A stretch of 64,000 nucleotides of DNA from Nostocales cyanobacterium 94392 (GCA_035285725.1 JAYKJL010000131.1:54485-118484), one strand, 5' to 3'; counted from the stretch's first letter, positions 12,001 to 22,066 are shown. Notes: a model not told the origin generated them from the sequence alone. Program-made: numbers and translations.

Positions 12001-12650
12001 TAGTTAGACCTTTAGGTCAAGCAATTGCTCCACCAAAATATGTTTACGGGTGTAGCAGTTTAGCTAATGGTAATTTAATTCTAGTCATTGATGGTACTTT
12101 GTTACCATCTATTAGCGAAATGCAGGCATCAATTGATTATACGGTGCTACCGTCAGCGGCTTCTTTAAATAAGAAAGCGTTACAAATGTCGGGAGAAATA
12201 ATTACATCTAAAGCTCTACTTACTGCTTCTAAATCTACAAAAAAGCCTCAAATTACTTCAGAAAATCAAGTTAAATCTTCAAAAGTAGTTTTAGTAGTCG
12301 ATGATGCAATTAGTTTACGGCAAACGATTTCTTTAACTTTACAAAAATACGGTTATCAAGTAATACAAGCCCAAAATGGAGTAGAAGCCTTAGAAAAATT
12401 ACATCATCATCCTAAAATTGATTTGGTGATTTCCGATTTAGAAATGCCCCGAATGAATGGTTTTGAATTATTAAGCAACCTGCGCCAAAATTCAGATTTA
12501 GTTAATTTACCCGTAGTTGTTCTGACTTCTCGTAGTGCCGAAAAACACCGTCAACTTGCAGAAGCATTAGGGGCAAATGCTTATTTAACTAAGCCTTATC
12601 TAGAACATGAGTTTCTTTCTAAGGTCGAGGAATTAGTAATGAGTAATTAA
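9012..12650 (+). CDS. cheA: CheA-like hybrid histidine kinase (Hpt-HATPase-CheW-REC; PixL/ChpA-like)
   Basis: RATHTLKGGAA Hpt; HLVRNSYDHGIE, DDGGG, GFST, SGRGIGLD; C-terminal REC SDLEMPRMNG. Confidence 0.93.
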   Translation: MITDSSIREQGYLYFLSEAPELLQTIEQELFSLVEERSTNKVHNLMRATHTLKGGAANVELESITKIAHSLEDVFKALYNPEVEIDSYLYSLLLQAFECLQLCLTSEMMGTKIDDDELMQRAASVFAQLQEKLGDAFGAEAHIPTSEELGFDIVLSIFETGVTQRIESIQELLNNPPEITKIADFLRAQAEVFTGLSESLNLPGFGEITQAIIAALEANPSQALEIAKIANHDLQQSRKAVLDGDRERGGEPSKALLAFSQSVVNNSQVEAENLSVNAKNQSLNTEYFSIPLRREIEQLYQFLIKGNTDNKPLNSKSAKFHLKVIRYILGWFNHELDIPEENLGLHLLIPKDNLEKSMEYVENWLQEFIDFLQDDSDNPNLYLYRIGGILTVLLAVAKFKYSQGNLDNFSLIESLKNKISDIAKQYKNYSPVAAKEKKWLDNPKLKKLVEIKQISPEIEIAVNQDENIVEAIWGEEVNSMMNNHIIEDATIGFEADSLESGLINSKSLPSIDENDIDAGSSETIIQLPTNSVTKIEKNIEEKSPKTLRNSKLPGFVRVDVESLQRLNYLAGELLIYQKRRTSQDEQLKEIIKQLFKKLQKHQQTLEQLQELPLQSQRLISKHRVNFGFLEFDSLEMDDYTEFNLGLHEAMEQAIQLQEIIESANVIFQQSSQIHEKKQRLTLGIIDNLVEARMLPLGNILNRFPQMVQNLNNVHGKNVELRLSGGGVLVDKAMAEKLYEPLLHLVRNSYDHGIESAEVRCDRGKSEQGLIEICAYNRGSQTVIEVRDDGGGLNFEKIRAKAIELGFLHRDREFDKHDSILMEELLDCLFSPGFSTASKVSDISGRGIGLDIVRAQLQALNGSIAVYSQPQQGTTFVLKIPFSMTTEKLMIVQTGGAVYALLLDSIAKILLPSPEQIKQFENKKVLYWNTGKEERMVNLLNLSDLMQYNRSFNSENLLHNQSIINNADKTANPILLLRSNDQVLGLEIDQIIGEQELVVRPLGQAIAPPKYVYGCSSLANGNLILVIDGTLLPSISEMQASIDYTVLPSAASLNKKALQMSGEIITSKALLTASKSTKKPQITSENQVKSSKVVLVVDDAISLRQTISLTLQKYGYQVIQAQNGVEALEKLHHHPKIDLVISDLEMPRMNGFELLSNLRQNSDLVNLPVVVLTSRSAEKHRQLAEALGANAYLTKPYLEHEFLSKVEELVMSN

Positions 12651-12668
12651 TACAACATAAGTGGGGTG

Positions 12669-12735
12669 AGAAGTCGGGTTTTTTACAATGATTGTCTTGT
12701 CTCTCGAAGAGATTTAACTTAAAAACCCGACTTCT
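12669..12735. repeat. Dispersed ~65-bp palindromic element with 15-bp TIR AGAAGTCGGGTTTTT...AAAAACCCGACTTCT
   Basis: Full copies also at 26492-26557, 29097-29160 and 51117-51180; half copies at 22535, 26460 and 28934. Confidence 0.88.
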
Positions 12736-12817
12736 GAAAGTGGGAATCCCCGGATTCGGGAAACAGATGCTAACATCATGAATCTAGATATATAGTTAAA
12801 CTCTATTTTGCCGGTTT

Positions 12818-13528
12818 ATGAGGTTGTTGATGCGTCGGATGCTTTATTGGGTAGCTCATTTTAGCTTAGTTGCTGGATGTTCTTCTGTCGAAATCACTCA
12901 ACCAATGTCTCCAGTGCCGGAAACTCCCTTAGAAACCATTAAATCCGTGAAGCGTTCCGATCATCTTTCACCTTTGGAACAACGAGTAATTACCGAAATG
13001 AATTTAGCTCGGACAAATCCCAAAGCTTATGCTGCTATATTAGAAGACTATAGAAAACGCTTTGAAGGTAAACGGGTCAAAATTTCTCAAAATGTTTATT
13101 TAATAACTCAAGAAGGTGTTCCTGCTGTTGATGAAGCTATTAGTTATCTCAAAACCGTTTCTCCGGTACCTCCTTTAACTGCTTCCAAAGGAATGTCTTT
13201 GGCTGCTAAGGATCATGTTCAAGACCAAGGTCCTAAAGGTATTGTAGGTCACAACGGTAGCGATAACAGCGACCCTTTTAAACGTTTAAATCGCTACGGA
13301 AAATGGCAAGTTACAGCAGGGGAAAATATTAGCTACGGTTCCCATACAGCCAGGGATATTGTGATGCAGCTGATTATTGATGATGGAGTTAGCGATCGCG
13401 GTCATCGAACAAATATGTTCAATCCCAACTTTAAAGTATCAGGTGTTGCTTTCGGAATTCATACCACCTACAGGCAGATGTGCGTTATCACTTATGCTGG
13501 AGGATATCAAGAGAAGGTTAAAGGTTAA
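12818..13528 (+). CDS. CAP/SCP domain lipoprotein
   Basis: Lipobox LVAGC; [23 protein letters not shown]. Confidence 0.88.
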   Translation: MRLLMRRMLYWVAHFSLVAGCSSVEITQPMSPVPETPLETIKSVKRSDHLSPLEQRVITEMNLARTNPKAYAAILEDYRKRFEGKRVKISQNVYLITQEGVPAVDEAISYLKTVSPVPPLTASKGMSLAAKDHVQDQGPKGIVGHNGSDNSDPFKRLNRYGKWQVTAGENISYGSHTARDIVMQLIIDDGVSDRGHRTNMFNPNFKVSGVAFGIHTTYRQMCVITYAGGYQEKVKG

Positions 13529-13567
13529 AGGTTAAAGGTTAAAGGTTAAAGGTTAAAGGTTAAAGGT
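13514..13567 (+). repeat. STRR (AAAGGTT)n that supplies the CAP gene stop codon (…KG*)
   Basis: About 8 tandem heptamers. Confidence 0.92.
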
Positions 13568-13577
13568 CAACTCCCTA

Positions 13578-14396
13578 ATGCACCTCAACGTTTATACTCA
13601 AGGTCAAGGTTTCCCGATTCTTTGCTTACACGGACATCCCGGTTCGGGTTCGAGTCTTTCTGTATTTACGGATAGTTTATCAAAACGCTTTCAAACTATC
13701 GCTCCAGATTTGCGCGGATACGGCAAAAGTCGCTATTATAACAATTTTGCGATGACTGACCATTTAAGCGATTTGGAAGCCCTTTTAGACCGCTTCCAGA
13801 TTGAAAAATGCTTAGTACTAGGATGGTCTTTAGGCGGTATTTTAGCTATGGAACTAGCTCTGGGACTTCCACGGCGAGTGAGTGGGTTGATTTTAGTAGC
13901 GACAGCCGCAAAACCTCGCGGCAATCATCCACCGATTACATGGCAAGATAATCTTTATACGGGTATTGCTGCTCTTTTAAGTTTGGTAAATCCCAATTGG
14001 CAGTGGAACATTGATACTTTTGGCAAGCGTTCTCTGTTTCGCTATTTGATTCAACAACATACTCCTACTGCTTACAGCTATATTGCTCGTGATGCGATAC
14101 CGGCTTATTTACAAACTTCTAATTATTCAACTAGCGCTCTTTATTCGGCAATTAAAGCTGGATACAATCGAGTTGACGACTTAAACCAAATTCAATGTCC
14201 GTCTTTGGTTCTTGCGGGTACGGAAGATAGACACATTACATTTGAAAGCAGTTTGGAAACTTCCCAGCACTTACACAATTGTAATTTGCATCGTTATCCA
14301 AACACAGCCCATCTGTTTCCGTGGGAAATTCCTCACCAAGTATTAAGCGATATTGACTGTTGGTTGAAGGATAATCCCCAAATGGTGGGATTGTAA
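13578..14396 (+). CDS. Alpha/beta fold hydrolase
   Basis: LHGHPG, PDLRGYG, GWSLGG nucleophile elbow, AGTED, TAHL. Confidence 0.9.
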   Translation: MHLNVYTQGQGFPILCLHGHPGSGSSLSVFTDSLSKRFQTIAPDLRGYGKSRYYNNFAMTDHLSDLEALLDRFQIEKCLVLGWSLGGILAMELALGLPRRVSGLILVATAAKPRGNHPPITWQDNLYTGIAALLSLVNPNWQWNIDTFGKRSLFRYLIQQHTPTAYSYIARDAIPAYLQTSNYSTSALYSAIKAGYNRVDDLNQIQCPSLVLAGTEDRHITFESSLETSQHLHNCNLHRYPNTAHLFPWEIPHQVLSDIDCWLKDNPQMVGL

Positions 14397-14404
14397 ATTT
14401 TGCG

Positions 14405-14445
14405 GAAAGTTTGGGATGTAGATTCTCGAACCCCAAAACTTTCCA
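14405..14445 (+). terminator. Possible terminator hairpin after the hydrolase gene
   Basis: GGAAAGTTTGGG...CCCAAAACTTTCC inverted repeat; no clear U-tract. Confidence 0.4.
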
Positions 14446-14548
14446 AGACGGATGAAGGGATTTCAAAATTTATTGTTACCTGATATCTTGTACCTTATGC
14501 ATAATTAATATCCTTTACACTTACATCGGAATCATAAAAAGTATGTGC

Positions 14549-14600
14549 AAAAAACTCTGCGTTCCTCTGCGCTTGCCTCCGCGTCACTTTGCGTTTAAAA
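14549..14600. repeat. CTCTGCG/CGCAGAG-type short dispersed repeat
   Basis: Related tracts at ~23540-23577, ~29011-29040 and ~37660-37692. Confidence 0.6.
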
Positions 14601-14775
14601 ATGTATAATCCCTATAGAAACGGATTTGATATAACTACATAACGAAAATATATAAAAGAAAATTAATAACATCTATAGTGCAAGATATGAATTCCCCGAT
14701 TCTAGATAACGTGAGTTGGATGAATTTTTGAGGCTACCCGACATACAGCATTTTGTAGATAAGGTTTGTCTTATT

Positions 14776-14901
14776 TAGGACTTACGTAACTGGCACATTT
14801 TTTCTTGTAGGGTGTGTGACACTTCGAGTGATTTTGAACGAAACAATCAAGTTTGTGGTGTCACGCACCACCCGTATATTGTGACAATTGCGTAAGTCCT
14901 G
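14776..14901 (-). mobile_element. 126-bp MITE, TIR (C/T)AGGACTTACG, 5-bp TSD TTATT
   Basis: TTATT at 14771-14775 and 14902-14906; homologous inverted copy at 40187-40312. Confidence 0.88.
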
Positions 14902-15043
14902 TTATTATTAAGATATTTATCTGAAAAACTTGACTTCTATACCCAATTTTTAAATAAAGTTTCGCTAATTTTACCTCTATTTAACAAGTAGCCGTCATCC
15001 TCAGCACCTTTGTCACTTTAGCTATATTATCTGTAGGTGCTGA

Positions 15044-15670
15044 CTACAACAAAATTAATTGACCAATGCGTTTTAATACACTTAGTACCTGTTGAAATTC
15101 TGCATCTCGTTCAATTGATAACGCATAAGAACGAGCATATTTTGGCTTTTCTTGCTGAACTAGCTTGACAAAAACGAACTCTCTACCGTTAACAAGTAAT
15201 CCAAACGTTGGTTGTTCAATATTGGGAGTATCAAGCATATAAGCAAGTGCTTGAGGTAATGCGGTTAAGACATCAAACTTAGTGCTTTTAGATTCAATAA
15301 CTAGTACCCAAAGACGTTTTTGAATTACCAAAACATCAATATTACCTTTGACTATTATGCTTTCATCAACAGCAGAAATCTCAGTAGATTTTTCAGTTTC
15401 AATTTCAAAGTGTGGCTGATAAAAACCTGCTAAATCTAGCAATGGAGACAGCACTACCATCTTCACTGCTTCTTCAGACATTGGACGACGTTGAGTTAAA
15501 TTTAAATAGTTACTTTTAACTCGTTCGAGGGATAAATTTTCTGCATCATTCAAGGATGGTAAATCATTTGTCCATTCGGTGAAAAAATCAGCATTTGTAA
15601 CCAATTGCAAACCAAATTTCTCTTCTAGTTCATAAAGGCTGATATCCCGCGCTTGGATTGTTTGTACCAT
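15044..15670 (-). CDS. Type I restriction enzyme HsdR N-terminal-like (PD-(D/E)XK) protein; likely start ATG 15670
   Basis: SEEAVKMVVLSPLLDLAGF, GNIDVLVI...LVIESK, ALPQALAYM, GLLVNGREFVF. Confidence 0.75.
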   Translation of the reverse strand: MVQTIQARDISLYELEEKFGLQLVTNADFFTEWTNDLPSLNDAENLSLERVKSNYLNLTQRRPMSEEAVKMVVLSPLLDLAGFYQPHFEIETEKSTEISAVDESIIVKGNIDVLVIQKRLWVLVIESKSTKFDVLTALPQALAYMLDTPNIEQPTFGLLVNGREFVFVKLVQQEKPKYARSYALSIERDAEFQQVLSVLKRIGQLILL

Positions 15671-15722
15671 AATTAATTGACAAATAAGGAATACATCTGT
15701 ATTATATATTATTCCATTATCC

Positions 15723-15794
15723 GTCATTGCGACCTAAGGAAGCAATCGCAATGACTGAGATTGCTTCGCTCCATTTCATTACGCTCGCAATGAC
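15723..15794. repeat. REP-like GTCATTGCGA...GAAGCAATC...GATTGCTTC...TCGCAATGAC palindromic element
   Basis: Nested inverted repeats; a degenerate relative lies near 57486-57545. Confidence 0.75.
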
Positions 15795-15798
15795 ACAA

Positions 15799-16180
15799 TC
15801 ACTTGCTTTGAGTAAACAAATTATCCTGAACAACCCGTTTCCAAGAAGCTAATAAAGTATCAATTTGTTGTTGTTCTTTTGTGCGGTTACTATTAGCAAT
15901 ATCTGTTCTACTTTCTGGTGTTAACGCACGTCCTCCTAAATCTTCCTCCTCGCAATGACATTTGATGTACGTTTGCAAGAAACTAGGAAGATACTGGAAG
16001 CGAGGGCGGCTGAATTTTGACCGCGTAACCGTGAACCCCATTTCTGTATCAAGTGGCCATGCTTCGGTAATGGTAAAGCCTGCCCGCCTGAGAGAATCAA
16101 TTAATGTTGACCAGCTTGATGTAGTTTTGTGGGCTTAGGAAAGCTTCTAACCCCCGTTCCATCGGGCTTTAGTCTATGTA
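15799..16180 (-). pseudogene. Fragmented DUF1156-type adenine DNA methyltransferase remnant
   Basis: Across shifted frames: LKPDG / *AHKTTSSWSTLIDSLRRAGFTITEAWPLDTEM / SRLRGQNSAALASSIFLV. Confidence 0.72.
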
Positions 16181-16373
16181 GCTGCGATTTCAATCACCCA
16201 GTAAATAATTTAACTTACAGTAAACTAAATGGAAAAAATGAAGCATAAAGTATAAAACAAGTCAAGTTTAACTTAATTGTTCATACCTTATACTTCATTT
16301 TTTTTACACGACAGTGCCTGATAGAGAAAGCTTTCAGCTAAACTTCAAAAATCTGAATGCTGAAAGCTTTTAA

Positions 16374-16688
16374 TTACATTTGACCGCTAAAGACAGGCTT
16401 TACTTTGCGGTCAAACCATTCCCCCAAGTCTTCAGAAATAGTTAAAACTTTTGGTTTACAACGCTTAACATCAACTTTCAGACCTTGCGCTCCTTCTAGT
16501 TCAAGGTCTTCGACATAACCTTTTACAGAAGCTTTGGCTTCCGTACCGTTAAGAAAAGGTCCGAAGTAATAAGTACATTTGGGATTTTGAGTCGTAATCT
16601 CTACCCACCAAGCCAAGCCAAAGTTGTCAAAAATGTTGGTAACAAATTCTTTGAAAGTATTTCCAATTGTGTTCATGGTTGTTGCCAA
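16374..16688 (-). CDS. DUF1816 family protein
   Basis: GLAWWVEITTQNPKCTYYFGPF...GYVEDLELEGA. Confidence 0.88.
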   Translation of the reverse strand: MATTMNTIGNTFKEFVTNIFDNFGLAWWVEITTQNPKCTYYFGPFLNGTEAKASVKGYVEDLELEGAQGLKVDVKRCKPKVLTISEDLGEWFDRKVKPVFSGQM

Positions 16689-16760
16689 TTACTAAAGTTG
16701 ATACTAGTTGTTAAAGAACTATACTGTCGGTTTTTTCCCTTCACATTTCTTTATACTCTT

Positions 16761-17753
16761 TTATATGTGGTTTTTGGAAGGGGTTTTTGGCAAATTTTCT
16801 AAGTAAAGCGTATCGCTCCACCGCTGACGATAAATTTCATACAGTACCATACCGGCTGCAACTGAAGCGTTGAGGCTGGGGGTTTTGCCTTTCAAGGGAA
16901 TTGACACTAGAGCATCGCAGCATTTTTGTGTCAGCATACCCAAACCTTCGCCTTCAGAACCAATTACTAAAGCAATTGGTGAACCCTTAAAATTTACTGT
17001 ATGTATCGGTTGGCTCGCAGAACTCGCAGTACCATAAATCCAAAAACCAGCTGTTTTCAAATCTTCTAAAGCACGACTGAGATTAACTACTCTAGCCACA
17101 GCAAAATTATCTAAAGCACCAGTCGCTACTTTCATGACTGTAGAAGTTATTCCCACTGCTCTACGCTGTGGAATCACCAAACCCTGCGCTCCAATTGACT
17201 CGGCTGTACGAATGATTGCTCCTAAGTTGTGGGGATCGGTAATTCCGTCAGCCACAACTATTACTGGTGTATCAGTAACGGATTTAGCTTTTTCGATCAA
17301 ATCGTGCAAATCAATATAGTCGTAAGGAGCAATTTGTGCAGCTACTCCCTGATGATTAGCATTTTGAGTAATTTGGTCTAAGCGACTGGGTTCCACTTCA
17401 TCTATAACCGTTCCATTCCCTTTAGCTTGTAAAAGCAAATCATGAAAACGGCGATCATAACGCAAACGGGAAGTAATCCAAACCCGGTTGAGACGACCTT
17501 GGTTTTCCAAAGTACTCAAAACTGGATGACGACCGTAAATTAGGTCGCTATTTTCTGATTCTTCCGTGGATGATAAATATTCAAAATTAGAACTATTTTG
17601 ACGAGGCTTATCAATTCGGTCGCCATAATTTCTGTCTCTAGATTGACTTTTAGGCGGAGATGAAAAACGTTTACCTTTACCTTTTAGTTTTAAAGGTTGT
17701 GGGCGATTTTCGTCATTAACATTAATTTTAATTTTTCTTGGTTTGTCGATCAT
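16761..17753 (-). CDS. rlmB: 23S rRNA (Gm2251) 2'-O-methyltransferase, TrmH/SPOUT family; likely start 17753
   Basis: [41 protein letters not shown]. Confidence 0.93.
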   Translation of the reverse strand: MIDKPRKIKINVNDENRPQPLKLKGKGKRFSSPPKSQSRDRNYGDRIDKPRQNSSNFEYLSSTEESENSDLIYGRHPVLSTLENQGRLNRVWITSRLRYDRRFHDLLLQAKGNGTVIDEVEPSRLDQITQNANHQGVAAQIAPYDYIDLHDLIEKAKSVTDTPVIVVADGITDPHNLGAIIRTAESIGAQGLVIPQRRAVGITSTVMKVATGALDNFAVARVVNLSRALEDLKTAGFWIYGTASSASQPIHTVNFKGSPIALVIGSEGEGLGMLTQKCCDALVSIPLKGKTPSLNASVAAGMVLYEIYRQRWSDTLYLENLPKTPSKNHI

Positions 17754-17852
17754 ATGGTTATTTGGTAGAGCTAAGATTGAGGGCATCTTCTCTCACCTTT
17801 TTTTACCAAACATCCCCAGATTATGGATATTCAAGAGTTAGATATTCCGCTA

Positions 17853-18329
17853 TTACTCTAGAAGGAGTTTTTGCAGAAGTTCGCTCAATCGTTCGGTATT
17901 GGTGAGATATAAATAGCCAATCAAAGTTTCTAGACTACTAGCTTGTTGGTATGTGTGGGGATCTACACGTTTGGGACGACCTGTGGCGGCGTTACGACCC
18001 CTGCGGACAATTTCTAATTCATTATTATTAAGATATTGACTAAGTAAGTTTAACATTTGCGCCTGCTTTTCGGCTCTGACTTGTGCCACTACCAAACGAT
18101 GATAATTTTCTACTCGTTGGGGTGGTAACAGGTAATATCTCCTAATATACAGTTCGTAAACTGCATCGCCTAGATAAGCAAGAGCGGTAGGAGAAAGTTG
18201 CTGTAATTGAGACTGAGAAAGTTTAGGCAACAATTGTTGTGTATTTAGTCCCGTACCATAGGAATCAAATGAATCCTTGGGGACATTCTCAGAACCTGAA
18301 TTTAAAAGATTTTCCTCCTTTGATTTCAC
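17853..18329 (-). CDS. mrnC: Mini-ribonuclease III
   Basis: ALAYLGDAVYEL, RRGRN, YQQASSLETLIGYLYL; adjacent to rlmB. Confidence 0.9.
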   Translation of the reverse strand: MKSKEENLLNSGSENVPKDSFDSYGTGLNTQQLLPKLSQSQLQQLSPTALAYLGDAVYELYIRRYYLLPPQRVENYHRLVVAQVRAEKQAQMLNLLSQYLNNNELEIVRRGRNAATGRPKRVDPHTYQQASSLETLIGYLYLTNTERLSELLQKLLLE

Positions 18330-18801
18330 AAGTTAATCATTCCTAATACGGTTAATAATTATCGTGTTTGTGATATTTTAAAAAAATTTAGTTACTACCC
18401 GTTTGTTATTGTCTTGCTGGTTCGTAGTTATTGCCGTTATTTTTACAAAAGTTATTCATAATTTTAACTTGTTGTTTGGGTTTGAGTTGATTGATTTTAA
18501 CTTTTATTAACGTCAACTTTCTGAACCGAAAATATTATTTAACTATAAGTAAATAAATTTTGCCAATTGAAAACTATGTGAATGAAAAATGTTTTTTAAG
18601 GTAAAAGTTAGCAGTTTTAATTTACATTAATAGTAGTGGTATATACCTATTGAAAAATATTCAATTTCATCATATCAGAATGATAGTAAAAAATCTTGAT
18701 TTCTGTGTCAGCAAAAAATGTAAAATGAGTAACAAAAAATCGTTTTGTTATATTTGCTAAATTTTTTATTTTTTTACTTAACATTTATTCAACAAAAATT
18801 A

Positions 18802-18831
18802 AGCTATCCAAATTTAAATATCGGATAGCTA
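18802..18831 (-). terminator. Hairpin downstream of the STAS gene
   Basis: AGCTATCC...GGATAGCT inverted repeat. Confidence 0.45.
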
Positions 18832-18843
18832 ATTTTATGACGG

Positions 18844-19245
18844 TCAAGAGGACTTTGTGTTTTCTAAAGCCTTGTCAACTGAAGTTTGTAAGGCAAGAAA
18901 TTTTTCTAAGCGAACGAGCTTGACTGTCTGAGTAACGCGGGCGTTGGTGACTATTTGAAAGGTACCTTTAGTACTTTGAGACTGTTTGGCTAATTGAACC
19001 AAAGCTCCCAAACCAGAACTATCTACAAAGTCAATTTGTGAAAGATCCAGAATAATATTTTTCGGACCTTCATCAATTTTACTACTAAGTACCTTACGAA
19101 ATGTCGGCTCGGAAAATGCGTCTAACAAACCTGTGAGACGGAATAGCTGACAGTTATCCCTGACTTCACGAGTACCTCGCAGGCTTACGGTTAGATTTAG
19201 TGGCTCAGCAATAATTCCCTCCTCATGGTGAAAGCAAACGCTCAA
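18844..19245 (-). CDS. STAS-domain anti-sigma factor antagonist (start uncertain)
   Basis: LTGLLDAFSEP, IILDLSQIDFVDSSGLGALV. Confidence 0.9.
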   Translation of the reverse strand: MSVCFHHEEGIIAEPLNLTVSLRGTREVRDNCQLFRLTGLLDAFSEPTFRKVLSSKIDEGPKNIILDLSQIDFVDSSGLGALVQLAKQSQSTKGTFQIVTNARVTQTVKLVRLEKFLALQTSVDKALENTKSS

Positions 19246-19354
19246 GTATAGATGTTTTTTGTGTCTGTTGTCTACTTTAACCCCTGTGGTAAAAGAAAGG
19301 GGGTGTGAAATATTAGAAGTTTAACAATTCTGCAATTCCTCACTTTTTCTATTT

Positions 19355-20521
19355 TTACCTCACTCGCGCAGTAATTGCTTGACGAGCGCTTCTCATTGCT
19401 TGAACAAAATCCTCAAATAAATAATCTGCATCGTGAGGACCTGGAGAAGCTTCTGGGTGATATTGTACCGAAAAAACTGGTAAAGATTTATGTTTTACTC
19501 CTGCGACGGTACTGTCATTTAAATTCAGGTGGCTAATCTCGACTTCGCTATGAGGTAGTGAATCGGGGTTAATGGCAAAGCTATGATTTTGAGAAGTGAT
19601 TTCGATTCGTTTCTGTAAACCTGCTGGTTGATTTAAACCGCGATGACCAAATTTCAGTTTATAGGTTTGCGCTCCCAAAGCTTGACCCAAAATTTGATGC
19701 CCCATACAAATACCAAATATGGGTTTTTCAGATTTGAGCAGTGCTTTAGCGGTTTCCACCCCTTCGGTGACTGCGCTAGGATCTCCTGGTCCGTTGGAAA
19801 GAAAGATTCCGTCTGGGTTATATTTGAGAATTTCTGGAGTTGGAGTATCTGCTGGAACTACAATTACCCGACAACCATGACTTGCTAAACGACGTAATAT
19901 ATTGCGTTTAACGCCAAAATCCAAGGCTACAACGGTGAATTTTTCGTTATCGTTTAAATCCCGATTAAATTCCCATGCTGGAATTGTGGGTTCGGACCAT
20001 TCGTAAACCTGTGAAGTCGTTACCTCTCTGACCAGGTTTAATCCGCTCATCGATGGGGCTGCATTCACCTGCTCTAGTAATTCATTCGCATCAAGTATTT
20101 CAGTAGAAATACCGCCATTCATGGCTCCGAAGTTACGTATTTTACGAGTTAATGCGCGAGTATCAATACCATATATACCAGGTATTTGATGCTGTTTTAA
20201 GTAATCGGGTAAAGATTGGGTTGCTCGCCAGTTGCTCGGTTGGTCACAAATATTTCGAGCAATACAAGCCCGTAAATGTGGTTTATCTGACTCGGCATCT
20301 TCTGGATTGACACCAGTATTTCCTAACTCTGGGTAGGTAAAAGCAATGATTTGACCGCAATAACTAGGGTCGGTCAACACTTCTTGATATCCCGTCATTC
20401 CGGTATTAAAAACTACTTCTCCAATGGCGGTGCCGTTAGCACCAAAAGACCAACCGCGATAGCTGGTTCCATCTGCCAGGACAAGTAGAGCAGGTGTTGT
20501 GTCAAACAGAGGCATAAGCAA
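19355..20521 (-). CDS. carA: Carbamoyl-phosphate synthase small subunit
   Basis: [40 protein letters not shown]. Confidence 0.97.
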   Translation of the reverse strand: MLMPLFDTTPALLVLADGTSYRGWSFGANGTAIGEVVFNTGMTGYQEVLTDPSYCGQIIAFTYPELGNTGVNPEDAESDKPHLRACIARNICDQPSNWRATQSLPDYLKQHQIPGIYGIDTRALTRKIRNFGAMNGGISTEILDANELLEQVNAAPSMSGLNLVREVTTSQVYEWSEPTIPAWEFNRDLNDNEKFTVVALDFGVKRNILRRLASHGCRVIVVPADTPTPEILKYNPDGIFLSNGPGDPSAVTEGVETAKALLKSEKPIFGICMGHQILGQALGAQTYKLKFGHRGLNQPAGLQKRIEITSQNHSFAINPDSLPHSEVEISHLNLNDSTVAGVKHKSLPVFSVQYHPEASPGPHDADYLFEDFVQAMRSARQAITARVR

Positions 20522-20597
20522 TAAGACGATTAGCTATTAGGAGCGAAGTTAATTATCCCACGAGTTAATTTAGTTAGATTTTTTTATTTTTATTTTG

Positions 20598-20670
20598 ATT
20601 GGTAATTGGTAATGGGTAATGGGTAATGGGTAATGGGTAATGGGGAATTGGTAATGGGTAATGGGGAATT
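20598..20670 (+). repeat. STRR (TGGGTAA/TTGGTAA)n
   Basis: About 10 heptamers upstream of carA. Confidence 0.9.
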
Positions 20671-20944
20671 GCTAACCAATCGATAACGACTATTTAATAT
20701 TCTATGATTATAAATGCGGATAGCTCTCTGGGTTGTTTTTTATTACCATTAGCACTGAAGCCACGAGTCCAAATCTATAATTGTACTCTCCTACTGATGA
20801 AAATAGTCAAAGGGGGCATATAGCCTCAAAGATGCTTTTCCGATTGCGGAGAATCAGGTAGATAGTCGCGTTTGATAAATGTTGAATAATTAAAACTAAA
20901 AAGTAGATTTTTGCCCCCAAGGGCTTGGTAAAATCAAAACTATT

Positions 20945-22066
20945 ATGCTTAAGCCTTTGTTTTTTCGTACAGCGTCGATTTTACTATGCAGCGTACTCAC
21001 TATCGCTGGTACTGCTTGTAGTCAAAAACAAAAAACCGCCAGGATTCCTACTGAACAACAGCCATCGCTGCCGAGTGCTTCACCGATGATCGGTTCTGTT
21101 AATAGTTCGGTACCACAGTCAATTCAAACTTCGGAAGCAGCTATAGAACCAACTTCCTTTGAAATGGCATTGGATAAAGCCGCTGGTGGTTTTAGTGTCA
21201 GTCAATCGGCTCATTCTCCAGAAGATTGGCAATTAGTGGCTGATTATTACCAAGATGCCATTGATTTAATGAAAACGGTCAAGCCTCAAGCTCGCTATTA
21301 CCCAATTGCTAAAGCAAAAGTCAAGGAATATCAGCGCCATTTGGATTATGCTTTAGAAAAATCTGTTGCCGTCGCTCAACCCCAAAAACTACCAGAACCT
21401 GAAAAAATACTGGTAGCAGTACCACCGCTTAAAGAATCCATTGCACATCAAAAAATGCAGATTCCTCAAGGCATAGAAAATATATTACAGCAAAATTTAC
21501 AATCTCCCATTGCTGCACCCCAGCAATTACCCCCACCAACTACACAAAAAGCCATACCAATACCCGTCGAGACAAAAGAAGTATACGCTGCTGTACCGAT
21601 TCAAGAAGATACCCGTCAAGCTATGGTATTTACCTCCCCAATCAAGCGACGTATCGGTGGTACACCAATTATTGATGTCACTTTTAACGGACAACAACAA
21701 TTTGAGATGATTGTTGATACAGGTGCTAGCGGTACGGTAATTACTCAACAGATGGCTAGTTTGCTCGGTGTTTCTACTATTGGTAAAGCCAAGGCTAATA
21801 CTGCCAGCGCTCAATCTGTAGAATTCCCTATTGGTTATGTTGACTCTATTGAAGCCGGTGGTGTCAAAATTAAGAAAGTTCCTGTGGCGATCGCCGGTTC
21901 GGAATTGGAAAATGGACTTTTAGGACACGACTTTTTTGGCAACTACGACATTACGATTAAAAGCAATGTTGTCGAATTTCGTCCCCGATTGGATACTTAC
22001 CCGACATCTCACAAGGAAACTCGCAAGAGTATCCCCATTTATCCTAAAAAGCTTTTTAATGAATAA
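20945..22066 (+). CDS. Probable lipoprotein with a C-terminal retropepsin-like aspartic protease domain
   Basis: Lipobox-like IAGTAC; IVDTGAS; LLGHDFF. Confidence 0.85.
   Translation: MLKPLFFRTASILLCSVLTIAGTACSQKQKTARIPTEQQPSLPSASPMIGSVNSSVPQSIQTSEAAIEPTSFEMALDKAAGGFSVSQSAHSPEDWQLVADYYQDAIDLMKTVKPQARYYPIAKAKVKEYQRHLDYALEKSVAVAQPQKLPEPEKILVAVPPLKESIAHQKMQIPQGIENILQQNLQSPIAAPQQLPPPTTQKAIPIPVETKEVYAAVPIQEDTRQAMVFTSPIKRRIGGTPIIDVTFNGQQQFEMIVDTGASGTVITQQMASLLGVSTIGKAKANTASAQSVEFPIGYVDSIEAGGVKIKKVPVAIAGSELENGLLGHDFFGNYDITIKSNVVEFRPRLDTYPTSHKETRKSIPIYPKKLFNE

Noticed and set aside
15799-16041. 80-aa ORF as an intact gene
   Set aside because: Starts at an internal Met of the broken DUF1156 gene and is mostly out of frame
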